From Klebsormidium nitens (taxonomy: Eukaryota > Plantae > Klebsormidiophyceae): a DNA stretch of 64,000 nt. Positions 1-12,060 of this stretch are shown here, piece after piece (positions within the stretch are counted from its first letter, which is position 1; each line of letters starts with the position of its first letter). A program made the position numbers and the translations under genes. The stretch is from positions 73,554 to 137,553 of the forward strand of contig DF237099.1 in assembly GCA_000708835.1 (NCBI GenBank), read 5' to 3'. The notes beneath the pieces were generated by a model. That model was not told the DNA's origin, did no database searches, and was given only the letters and a program-made list of their open reading frames with translations.

Positions 1-6
1 CCTTAC

Positions 7-36
7 CACCTTAAGCGATTAATCCGTTAACCCGAC
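7..36 (-). other. Possible 30-nt non-coding (5'UTR) exon of a gene lying left of the window
   Basis: Minus strand reads tttttgcag|GTCGGG...AAGGTG|gtaagg, with a good acceptor and donor. All three frames contain stops. It would be divergent to VIR3. Confidence 0.3.
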
Positions 37-354
37 CTGCAAAAAGCAACACTTGTCCCTGCGCGCGCACGAAGCGCACGTATGAATCGTTGAAGCACGG
101 AAAGCTTTCCAAGCAATAGAAATTACTGAAAAGTTTTTCCACATGGGCGCCCCACCTGGTGAAATTCCGCCAGAGCGCTGCGATCTTCCTTAGGATACTG
201 TGCAGCATTGTAGCGACAGCAGCTCACAATTGTGAAGACAGGAGTCTTGATTGGATCGCTGTGGAGTTGTGGGGAGAAATCACAGGATTGCAATTTCAGC
301 ATCAACGTTCCAGGGCCTGCTTATTTGAGATCTCTTGGCATCATTCCAACAAGG

Positions 355-3300
355 ATGGCTGTCAGCCAGATTGTTATACGCAGCTCTTACAGTCATGTGC
401 CTAGTAGTCTCAATATCGGGCAGCAGAAGAAGTATGGGCGCCAGAAAAGTAGTCACGTGTCAGCTTGCGTCTGCAATCCTTCCTCTGACGAGACTTGGGC
501 CCTTCAATCAAAAACTTCACGTGGTGGTGTTCGAAATAGGAGAGTTGGCAGGCCTTTCCCTTCTCTTATTGAGACAAGGCTTCTAGGACAAAGACCACGT
601 TTATTTTCCACACCTTTTCTGAGCTTAGAACCTTCATACCGAGCGGGCAGTAGAATAGTCTGCGAAGCAGGAATAGAAGTCCCCAATGCTGAGTGGGAGG
701 CCGCTTTCGAGAACGCTTGCGACGCATCAGACCTGCGAAAGGCCCTGCGGCTGCTGGAGGGGCTCAATCCGCCGCAGAGCCGCCCAACACCCCCCAAAAC
801 AAGGCCCCCCACGATTGACATCGACCTCAGGTCCTCTTCTCAAAGCGATATAATAGCGCCCGCTTATTATGATGAGCAGGAGGCGCAACTAGAAGGGGCA
901 GGGCCAGTCCTAGTTCAGGAGCCTGACTTTGAAAATGATGATTTCTTTGATTTGCCGAGGGAGTCGGAAGCGGAGTCAAACAAGGAGAAAGTGACAGTAC
1001 CCCCCAGGGTACTGTTACGGGTGCTCGACGCCTGTTTGGGGACGACGGACCTGATTTCAGTAGCGACGGCATATCGGTGGCTGCAACAGAGGGGCCTGCT
1101 GAGGGCGTTTGGCAGGGTTCGATTGGGAGGTGAGAAAACAGAGGCGATGACAGCAGTGGTCTGCTGCGCATTTGACCAGACCATATCTGTAACTAACCGC
1201 AAAGATATCAATCAATCATGTCAACAAGAAAAGAAGCCACATGAGGAATTTGGTATACCAGCTCCTAGTTTGAATACTGAACAATGTTCACCAACGAGCG
1301 TTTTCGAAAGATTGCGTATTTGTGCTTTCTGTCCTTCAGTCAGAGATAGGAAGCCGATATTTCAGAGGGTCTGCAATCATCCTTTGTGCGTCAGGTAGTA
1401 TGAAGAACTATTTTTTCCTGACACGTGGCTTTCGCCTTAGGGGTGTGTCTTGACCTGAGTCTCGTGCATAAGCGGCCTCAATCTTTGGCGCAAAGACAGG
1501 TTTCCTTAACCAAGCCTCCTAAGTTTGCAAATCGAACCAGACACTGCATCAGAGGCAGTCTTTTTGGGTTCTCCCTGGTGTCGAATGTAGAACTTAATCC
1601 GAAACAGTCACTATATATAAAATGCCCCTAAAAATGTAAAATCTTGCATTGACCGTGCCCTTCCCCACTGACAGGTTGACTCGTTGTGCAGATGCTGACA
1701 CTTCTCGTCTAGTGACACCAGAGGGATTCAAAAGGGAGTCTGGCTTAGAAGGTGAGGACTCAGCCCTAAGCGTGGAAGTCTTTCATCCGGTGGTTCAAAG
1801 ATTCAAACCGTCAAGTCATCACCCTGTGGCCTTTCAGATCAAGAGCAACCAGGATCCGACAGATTCTGTTGATGACGTTTTCATTGTGCGACCCTCTACT
1901 CGATGTCGTTGATAGACATTGTCATACAAGCCCCCCTCGCGAGTTTGTTTTGCGAGTCAGAGACGCTTCTGCAACTGTTTCCTTCAGAAGATCAGAGATC
2001 TGTCTCTTTATACCTCGCAACGGCAGTTGACATCCTGCTGTCAGAACTGATCCATGTTGACTTTCTCGGCTGACATATCAGAACTACTTCTAACAAGCCA
2101 GGCGTCATGTCATGATCCGACAACCTTCAACGCCACAGGTTATCACTACCAGGATTCCAGGTGAATTCGTCCTTTCGAAGACTTCATGCTCTTGGTACTG
2201 CACGGTTAAACCAAACCCGAAGTGAATAATGACGATTAACCTTTCTGTCTGCAGCGTCGAAGCTCTCCCCCAAGAAGTCCCTCCTACAAGGCCCCTCTGC
2301 CGCGGCTTTCGTCGCCCTGATTGCCGGCCTCTCCTACGCTAATCAGAACGAGCTAACCCTAGTTAGGCCGATTCTAACCTCTATTCTGAGCCTGGGTTTG
2401 CTCGATGCGTTTCTGTATGGGGGTGCGGGCTTCGGCCAGCTTATGATGACGCTGTGGCCGGGGCATAGGCGCCGGGTGCTTATACACGAGGCAGGCCACG
2501 TGGTGGCCGCTTATTTGCTGGGGTGTCCGGTGCGGGGGGTGGTTCTGGACGCCATGCAGGCGGTCCGAATGGGGATACGAGGTCAGGTGAGGCGTGAACA
2601 CGCGCTGATGAAAGATTTCGAAAATTTCCTTTTTGGGTAGTTTGTCAAAATAATCGTCATTGCCAATGATGGCGTTTTTGGCGGGGTTGCAACTAGAGCC
2701 GCCCCGCAAGCACTGAATTATGAATAATCGATGTGCTAATGGTTCCGGCGAGGCCAGTCTAGTTGCCCGGCTGCTTCTCGTACGTGGCATTCATACTGCA
2801 CCTGTGCCCCAGCGTAACCGCGAGTATAACCGTGCCCCTCTCTTCGAAATCAACTTGCTCGAAGGCCTCGACGAGCTTCTGGTCGGGAAGGCTGCACTTG
2901 GAAGAACAAAAGCTTCCCTACTCGTACAAGGGGCCTCTGACGGGAGCTTGTCAGACTTAACGACGAGCTAGCTCACTTCGACTCTGAACTTTTCTTCCGG
3001 TTGCTGCAGGCGGGCACTCAGTTTTGGGACCAGAAGCTAGAGGAAGAGATGAAGGAGAACCGCCTGTCCGGATCCACCCTCGACAGGTGCGCACCTTGAA
3101 CCTCCATACGGACCCGGCCCGTCCAAGTCTGGAAGTATTATTCTCCCTAGAATGTATGATGTTTTATCATCCCATTTTCGGCAGTTTTTGTCCGAAGCCT
3201 GTCCGCATTTCCGTCCGCGCTTTCTCATCGCCCGCCCTGGTCCGCTCGTGTCCGCATGACAATATTTTCAACGGCTAACGCTTTCCCGCCGTCTCTTCTG

Positions 3301-4289
3301 CACTCCCTGGCTTGGTTTCGGTGCACTTGGGTCACTCTCAACGTTATGCGAGCACGTTCTGCGTCAGATTCGATCGTCAAAACTGCGAGCCTTATGCTGA
3401 AGACCTGGCAAGAGGATGGCTATCACCGAATCTACGAAAGTCTTTGTTCTCCTTTCTAACTCAAAAGTAAAGTGTCCACGTCATCGTTCTACAGTATCGG
3501 CTTCGAGGGTGTTGATTTAAAATCCGTTCGTGGCACACTTTCACGAGCAGATTCTGAATCAAGCCCTCGCTTAAATTGCAAGTACAGGAACACATCTGGT
3601 TGGAAACCCGTTAAGCTCGCCCTCTTCCTGCAGATACTTCGTGGTCCTGTTTGCGGGCATAGCCGCTGAGGCGCTTATATACGGGGAAGCGGAGGGTGGG
3701 GAAAGCGACGAGAACCTGTACGTTCATGTCGTGAAAGGGCTGCGGCCGCCCTGGAGCCCGGCAAAGGTGAGCGTGAAACCGTTGTTTGAGGCCGTTTTTT
3801 CGTACCGCTTTTAGGCTGAAGTTAGATGGTGGCGAACTTGTTTGAGGTCGTCTCCTCGTACCGCTTTGAGGATGAAGTTTGAGGGTGGCGAAAGTGTCGC
3901 TGTCAGAAGTTTCTTCGTGCTCGTGATTCCATCTTGCTCGCAAACGAGAGTGTGGCACACATGCTTCTGAAGAGAATCCACTCAGTATTCCCTGTCCACG
4001 AGCACCGTTCGCAGCCGGGTAATGGTTCGACCTCGAACATCCGGACCTAGTTCGCCATAGTCAACCGCTTTCACCCTCACCGTTATTTTTGCGCTTGCCT
4101 TTCTTTCAGATTTCGAACCAGGCTCGATGGTCCGTGCTCCAGGCCTATAAACTGCTCTCATCTCACGAGCGTGTTCTCACTGCGGTTGTGCGGCGACTGG
4201 AAAGCGGCGCGAGCATGGCCGATCTGGCACGTGTCATCGAAGAGAGTGCGGAACGGAGGCAGGGGCCCGTCAGGAGAGTGGATCTGTGA
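355..4289 (+). CDS. VIR3: VIR3-like chloroplast putative zinc metalloprotease (FtsH/M41-like HEAGH domain), about 518 aa, 6 exons
   Basis: Exons 355-1129, 1692-1751, 2255-2586, 3010-3086, 3634-3766, 4110-4289, all GT-AG and in phase (1557 nt). Motifs RRVLIHEAGHVVAAYLLGCPVRG, AGTQFWD, VLFAGIAAEALIYGEAEGGESDE and SNQARWSVLQAY match Arabidopsis AT1G56180 as I recall it. The N-terminus is Ser/Arg-rich and transit-peptide-like. The start codon is inferred. Confidence 0.85.
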
Positions 4290-5714
4290 TGACGGAAAAA
4301 GTCGGAAACGTGACGGGAATGAGAACGTAGTGAGTTGAAGGGGTATCTAACGACTGGTGTTCGACCAGAAAACCGAAGAAGAGGGCTTTTCAAAGATTAG
4401 TACTCGTGCTTATTAGTACGCCTCACCATAAAAGGAAAAGCGTTGACCATCCGGAAAGTATTGTGTGGATCATTTACAACAACTGACTTTTGAATTGGAC
4501 AGCGCCACCCTGGCATATAGCAAAAACAAGTAGTTTGTTCTGCGAGATGGGAATTTATGTGACTCCCTAACACAGCGCCGAAAGCAGCTGACAAACGTCT
4601 CACAGGAAGTGATCGGCCTGTTGTCACACAGAGTGAAGGCATACGGCAAAGCGAGCGAGGGAACTCCAAAGCCGTCAAGTCGGAATCCTGTCCTCATTCA
4701 ATAGTTACCATATTCTTGTGCCAGAGTACTTGACGGCCCCCGGCTGAAGAATGATTACTGTACAAGGGGGAATCTACTGTCTGCAGCTACAAACATAACT
4801 TGCGCCGGTCAAAGATCCGCCAGACCCTGGTTGAAAAGACATGCAAGCGTGTCGTGCTTTGATTGGTTTGATTATTGCCGCCTGCGCCTGCATGTGTAGT
4901 CAGGGTATAGATTGTGCACGGGGCGCACGCGTGACTCTTACCCTTTTGCAGGCTAGACGGGCCTCGCCCGGCGATCGTTCCTTACGTGCGGCTGCGGCCG
5001 CCACATGCAGATCGAACCGCAAAGCGCGGCGTTGTTTGATGCTATATGGACAGCTGCTCTAGCGGCCCCCCTAGAGCTGAATATGTTCAATCCGATCGCG
5101 ATCGAGGCTTGTGCAATGCAAGCCTGACGGTACGTCCATGCCCGATACGGGTCAAAGACGTACGTGAGGTTGGTGATGTTGCTTGCAAATTGCGCGGATC
5201 AATTTGCATATACGGGGCCGGGGCACACCACTTGATATTGATGTGCAAAAGTCCTACTGGAATACAGATTGACGTTCACATGTGCAGGCCTCCTGGAAAG
5301 CTCATGCGCGGGACAATATGGTATATTTGGATCAAATCTGTGCGCGAGAAATGTACTTACTTGAGAATGGCTTACTTGATAAAAGTACATGCTCATATAT
5401 GGGCGGCCCCATGTCGAGCTCTTGCAGACATGTTGCACCTTTGGTCTAGGACCTAGCTTTGAATCTGGTGGTTTGAAGGAGTAACGAAAAGCAACTGCTA
5501 GTGAGCCTGATGAACGGATGCAAGTCAGAAGCGGGTATGACGGTAACAGGGCTAACACCTATCGACAACGGCTCGACTGGGCTTGTCGAAGCCGTTATCA
5601 AGCTTATTATTGTCGATGGTCCGGCCTCAATTACGGCCTGATGCAGAATGGTTGCAACTTAGCAAACGAATGCGATTCCGATATGCAGGATACGACAAAG
5701 TGCTACTAGGCTGT

Positions 5715-8700
5715 TTAGAATCGACTTCTGCGGCTGAGCGGCCGCGGCGCAGGCACGTCTAGCCCTTCCTCAACAGCTTCCAACGCCGTGCTCGCTTCCC
5801 GGCTCAGAGATGCTGACGCGCTCGCAACGTACATGTCCTCCACCCGGGCTTTCCTGGCTTCGTCCAGGAGGTACTCCAGAGTCTGCACCACCTCGCCAAT
5901 GACTGGCCGGTACTCCGACTCCGGTTGCACGCACATGGCGGCGACGGCCGCGACCTGGCAGACGACGCGGTCGGTGTACTGCCCCGAGAGGGACGGGTCG
6001 ACCATGGCGTGGATCTTGCGGCGGTCGCTCAGCTGAGGAGATGCCTGGAGGATACGAGGGACCATCTGTCTAGGATCTGCGCTTCTTTCGATGCGATTAA
6101 AGGAAGCTTGGATCTGCGCTTCTTTCGATGCGATTAAAGGAAGCTTGGAATGTCGAATATGACGTTTCCCAAGACTTGCATGAAAGTATTGTGAACAGTC
6201 ATGCCTGCTTCTTCTAGGTGTTGAATAAGGATTGACAGAATCAACTGCTCACGAGTCCCTTTCCATGGCGCTGTCATTGGGTATTCTCTAGTCAAAAGTC
6301 GTTCTCGGTGGAAAGTTGAGGCTCAAGAGTCGGTTCAATTAAAAAAGGATGCAGTAAGCTACTTACCCACGTCACCAGACTCTGCTTCCCTGACGGCAGC
6401 GTCATGTCCACCGGCTTCCGTCCCGTCAGCAGTTCCAGCAGCACCACCCCGAAACTGTACACGTCGCTCTTCTCCGTCAGCTGACCGGTCATGACGTACT
6501 GCAGGCGCGGGAAAGCGGGTAAGGAAGAATCTGAACCACTCTAGTTGACGGCCTTGAGCTTTTTCCATAAAGGCAGATCACGAGCGAGCTTGAGAGATGG
6601 GCAAAGCGCGACCACCCGTCACCATATTCTTTTTGAAGGGAAGCTGAGCCTCTTGCCTCTCAGGAGGTTTGTTCGGTCTGCTTTCTTCAGAATTGAGTTG
6701 TCGGAAGACGTATTGATACAATGGTTGCAGCCGCCCCATCACTCTCAGAACGTGTGCCGACGGCCGCATGCACGTGACGAAGCTAGCAAAACCCTCGCAC
6801 CAAGCGCAGTCTCCCTGAGACAGCCAATATTACCTCGGGTGCTACGTAGCCGAAGGTGATCTGTGCGCTCGTCTGACGTTCTTGCCCGTGCGGTGCAATC
6901 TGCGACTGACCAAAGTCCGACACCTGCACGAGAACGGAGTCCCAGCTCCGATGCACAATTATGGTTACTCCCTCGGAAAAGAAACCGCTTAGAGTCGGCG
7001 CCGGAGTCTTAATGCTTCCGTAGATTATAGTGGCATTATGAGTATTGAAAGCAATTGAGTATCAAGGACTCTGTTCCAACGAGCCTGAAGCCAACCATTG
7101 GCCCATTTCAAGAAAAATCAGATGAAAGACTGGAATTACCCGACAATGCAGTGCTGGTGAATACCGAACGGGCCGTTCACTGCACCTCCGGATGATCAAC
7201 TCAAAGAAGTAGCAGACGCGAGCATCGAACTACGCAGTTTAACGGCACACAACAAGCGGCGGTAAAGGAGATCCTGGATATAGTCGGGTAGCGAGGCGTT
7301 TGCGGATGTGAACCCCATTGACAGCCCCACCTTTGCCGTGAAGTCTGACGCAAGAAGGATGTTGCCGCTCTTGATGTCGCGATGTATAACGGGCGGCGAA
7401 CACGTGTCGTGCATGTACTGGAGGCCTCTCGCTGTGTCTAGGGCGATCTGTAGCCGGGTGACCCATGTCAACTTCCTCTTCAGCCTGGGCGCCCCTGCAG
7501 TCAAACAAGGTTGCTTGTCTTTTCTGACAGCTGAGAGAAGTCGAAAGGAGCCTGCAAACCGCATCTCTGCGTGATGAGGTTTTGAGATGATCTATGTGAC
7601 GAAGCAAAGCTTCTCCAAGAGATGGCACGGTACTTTTCAACCGTGCCGCCGGGCTTCGTCCAGCCGAAGCCCGACTTATCGACCTACCAATGCCGAACTT
7701 ATTTGAGGAATGAATTACAGAATTTATTTAGAATATGATGAAGAGGGAAAGAGGGCAACATAGGTATTCATTCAGAGTACGACGTCTTTCGGATGGTCTC
7801 CAAAGACTGTTTTTGAAGCAAATGCAAGCTTGAATGACGAACAGCCATATAATTCAGGTCCGTTGCTGGGAATTATAACCGTAAGGCTTCCAGCCTGTCC
7901 ATATCGTCCCAGAAAGCCGCGCTTACCGTGCAGGCGGTGCTCCAGGCTGCCGTTCGTCATCAGCTCGTAGCACAGGCACTTATGGTTCCGCTCGTAGCAG
8001 AAGCCCAGGAACGTGACGAGGTTGGGGTGCTCCATGCGGCTCAGCACCGCTATCACCTCCTGCAGAGGGACGGGCGGAACGTGGTCCTGTTAGAATTAAA
8101 CTTTGGTTCGCGCACCTAACACTCAACGTGCACTCTGTTACTTTTCATCTACTTTTCAAGCAGGGAATCAGTGAAATTTGCCATCCAAAATCTTCCATTT
8201 GATTTTCAGAGTATTCGAGCCAAGGAAAGATTCGAGTAACGACTTGATTCAAGAGATCTGCAGTACGCTCGTATGCTGCTGTAAGCAGCCCTCGCCGACC
8301 GCAAGCAGCTCTTTTTCAAAAATCTGTTTGCAAACACTCCTGGTCGAGACTGGATTCCGTAATTAGATATGCCCGTTTCGGTCCTTTTGTAAAGACCGAT
8401 TCGGTCCTTTTGTAAAGGCCGATCCGGTCCTTCAGTGAGCCACTTTGATTCAGATTCAGAACCACTATGCTTCTTTCCTTGAAGTCTTCTGCTCCGAGCT
8501 GGTTCTCGTTGACCAGCCTCTTGACCGCGATGGAAGCTCCGTCTTCAAAGGTTGCCTTGTACACCCTCCCAAAGCCTCCCTCTCCGAGCAGATTACCCCT
8601 ACTGAAGTTGTTCGTGGCGATCTGTCAGGAGATGAGAAAGATCCTTTGAACATGTCGGGGGACCCAAAAGAGATGTAATCGAATCTCGTGAAATGAACTC

Positions 8701-11304
8701 TAAAAGCTAAACCACGCCTTCGAAAATGAAGGACTGACAGCAGTGCGTGTAAAATTAGCGCCTGTCCATACAAAGGCCACAGACGCATACAATCGTGTCC
8801 TCAGAATACCTCGAATGAAAAGCACTCGTAAAGTAAATCAGAGGCGAACGATACCTGCAGCTCGTTGTAAGTGAACACGTCGACGTCTTCAGCTAAACCA
8901 GGGACCGTAAGGTCGATTTTCTCGGCGGGCGCGGCGGCAGCTTCGGCTGTTGACGGCTCGGTACTGCCCTGAGGCGGCTCATCTGCAAGAAGTAATACGA
9001 ACAGCTTGTCCTTCTGTGATCAGTGGCAATGAACAGTAGAACATGGGAAACCTCTGCTGGCTAAGTTTTGACTCAGGACAAACACTTTGGCATCAAGAGG
9101 TCTGAACCGTTGGCATTCATAAGAGTTGGAAATCGGAGATCAGCAGCACAACCGCAAAGCGCATGCATCTCTACAACGTTTGAAGCGCAAGTTGCACCTG
9201 TGTGATCTCCAGGAGTCTCGGGAGGAGCGGACGTCGTAGCCGGTCCTTTCTTGATGGTGAACTTTTCTCGCATCGCAGCACGGCGATAGAGCGCAGCAGA
9301 AGCTCGTCTCCTCCTCCGTACGCGTAGGTACCAGTAACAGAAGATGGCAGCCGGCACCACGATAAGGAGCGCGACAATGGAAGAAACAGTCGCCACGGCC
9401 GCTTTGTTGAAGCTGAAATTCTTTTGAGATGTAGGTTCTTGGTTGGAGAGAGGAGGAGGTGTCCTTTGCTCTTGCTGAGAAGCTGTTGGTGTAGAAGTGA
9501 TGGCGGAACTTGGGGCGATGAATGAAGCTTGGGCGATGCCTGTGTCGGACATGGGAAATACGAGCCCTGGGTGATCCTTCCAACATCGGTGAAAGCATTA
9601 CTTGATGAATAGAGCAAAGTTTAGGACAAGCTTCTATAGAAAAGTTGTGCTCGATCAGCAAGATTGCTGCGTATGAACGGTCAGAAACGATGTTCTTCGC
9701 AGTAGAAATTGGACGAAGGTTTTTGTTAACCTCGTTTCTTTCCGACTGGTAGAAAAGATGTTTGATGGAGAGGGCAGGTATCAACTGCACGAATGCAAAG
9801 AGGGACAATCAACGTGAAGGAATAAGTTCTCACCGAGGGATAGGTTGCTTGCTGCCGGAGTCGGAGGTTGCAAAGACGTCGCTGTGCTTTGTGGAACGAG
9901 TGCGGAAGGCGCGACGCTGGGGGCTGTGCGGCCAGCGGCCGTGAACGATTGGTACTGGTACGATGCCAAGTCCGACGGAAAGGTGAATTGAGACCCGCTC
10001 AGCTTGTTCTGGATGTCGTTCTCAACTTTTGCGTCCAGCTTGGTGTTGCCCGCCAAAGGGACGATCTGGATGGTGACGATGAGCGGCGAGAAACTGATAC
10101 CGATGATGCGCACCTGAAGAAGAGTTTTACCAACGTGTTCGAAGACAAAAGGTTAGGAGATCTTTTTTAATGACCGATCACCGGACAATTGCAACGAGAT
10201 CAAAAACCCAAATTTGATAGGAGAGCTGATATAACTGCCGATCAAAATTATCGGATCGTTCTGAAGATCTTTCAAGCGACAGATCGTAAGAGACCTCTGG
10301 CTGTGCGTTTGCGCGAGACCAAATGGAGACGCTTGAAGAATTGGAACTCATGCGTCTTATGCTTACGTGAGGTTGCGGATGGAGAAACTTCAGATCCTGC
10401 TCTAAAGAAGAGACAACTCTGATCTTACCTGGCTCGTCTTCAAACCACTTTGGTCTGCAAGACTGCTCTTCAAGCTGCTCTGCTGGGTCTCCTGAAAGGA
10501 ACTATTATCCGGAATGTCGGGGAACTTGATCTCTAGAACGGTAGGAAAGACGCAAGGGCAAGAACCGTCCAAGCTGAGGACGCGATCCGGCGGACAGGGC
10601 GTACATACTGCAAACAAGATCACCTGATAAGCTTACGCGCACAATTTCTAGAAGGTCCAATCCGCAGATCACACGCTGTTGACTTGATCGAGCAGCTACT
10701 GATGCTTCCTACAATTTATATGCTGCCTACGTGTACAAGAATAGAAGACCTGCGGCTTTTGAAGATGATTCAAAGTAGGTCCACGGTGATAGCTTTTCAA
10801 AAAGAGATCGATGTAAGGACACAGATTGGAAGATTATTGTGACCGAGTCTAGCCTGGATGCAAAAATAATGAGAATTACTCAACTAATTTCGAACCAGCC
10901 TTCTAACACCAGGAGATCAGAGGGATAAGCATACTGTCTTTCTGCTCAGGAATCTGACAATTTACTGCGGTCTTCCACGTACTAGCCGAGCTGAATGAAA
11001 TCCCAGTCGATATGATTTCAGAAATTGCTCTGACTCGTGCCATTTTAAAGAACGTCAATGTCCCGATGATGTTGAAAGCTGACAATCTTTCTGGATTTTT
11101 CCCTCACACTCTTTGTGCATCAATTCGAAACATGCATTCCCAGCTTGACCAAGAATGCAACTTACCTGCTAAAAGGCTTCTGCGAAGCGTGCCTTGCCCT
11201 TTACCACTGGCTGCATGTTCCTTCAGGCCGCGACAACATTCGAAGAGGAAGAAGAACAAAGTGATAGATGCAGCTCCTACGAGGTAGAAGCCCCGCCTTC
11301 CCAT
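5715..11304 (-). CDS. ALE2/extensin-class-like receptor-like kinase, paralog 1, about 686 aa, 11 exons
   Basis: Exons 11304-11166, 10607-10429, 10113-9834, 9539-9198, 8982-8855, 8621-8478, 8059-7927, 7494-7331, 6923-6834, 6498-6367, 6044-5715 (2061 nt). Contains a signal peptide, CTPC..GSCPCVF ectodomain, P/T/S stalk, TM ([33 protein letters not shown]), [34 protein letters not shown] and KSDVYSFGV. The model needs a GA donor at 8477. Confidence 0.85.
6073..6149. repeat. Perfect 37-bp tandem duplication in the last intron of RLK paralog 1
   Basis: ggatctgcgcttctttcgatgcgattaaaggaagctt x2 followed by gga. Confidence 0.95.
8378..8432. repeat. 23-bp tandem repeat (2.4 copies), each unit a small hairpin
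   Basis: tcggtccttttgtaaagaccgat / tcggtccttttgtaaaggccgat / ccggtcctt; tcggtc pairs with gaccga. Confidence 0.9.
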
Positions 11305-12060
11305 ATTCGCCTGAATCAGTGCTTAGAACCTCCTAGATCAATAATCAGCAGTTTGTTCTCTAAGCTATTTGCGTAAAAGAAGCTAAGCCTTCCGGCGTCT
11401 CAGCCCTTCCATTGTCGAGCCGCATCTGAAACTTGTCCTTTCGTCAAATTGCTACCCACGCCCCTCTTTCGTAGGACAGATGAAACTTCTTCAAGGGATC
11501 TCATGGCTCTCAGCGCTCTCCTTGGCTTGCTGTCCCCCCAACATTGACGGCAGAGCTCCAGCGGACAAATCTTCGGAATGTTAGAATGTAGACATGATTC
11601 ACGATATGTCCCACTTTCCCTCGCGAGGAATGGTTCTGCGATCAAAGATCTCGTCTACCAGGTTAGTGAGCTTCTAGCGTTCTCTTCGCTTGTTCTGGCA
11701 GCACTTCTGCTTCTTATGTCCTGCTTCTACCCTGGCCTTCTCACCAAATTATCCACCCTGACGAATCGACTGGCTGCGAACGCCCAGGAGTCCACGAAAG
11801 TAGGAAATGTTACAAACTACAGTAGAAGAAGGGCTCAATGGATTAGCGCTTCAGATCCTATATGCTTATCTGCAGTGTCGCTTGCTGCTGCAGGCCCTCT
11901 GAAAGATGTGAAGCTTAGGACTCAGGACTGCCAGTCTTACTGAGTAGGTCCTGGAGCTTGGTCGCGGAGGCCAGCACAAGCTCATGATTGCAGAAAGGTA
12001 CATTGGTCGCCCTGGCCTCGGGACGAGCCGACACAGTTTAGGAATAGTAAGCTTTAGGAA

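Noticed and set aside
8845-8854. U12-like donor GTATCGTT in RLK1 intron 5
   Set aside because: Mismatch to GTATCCTT, and the homologous intron in paralog 2 starts GTGCGT (U2-type).
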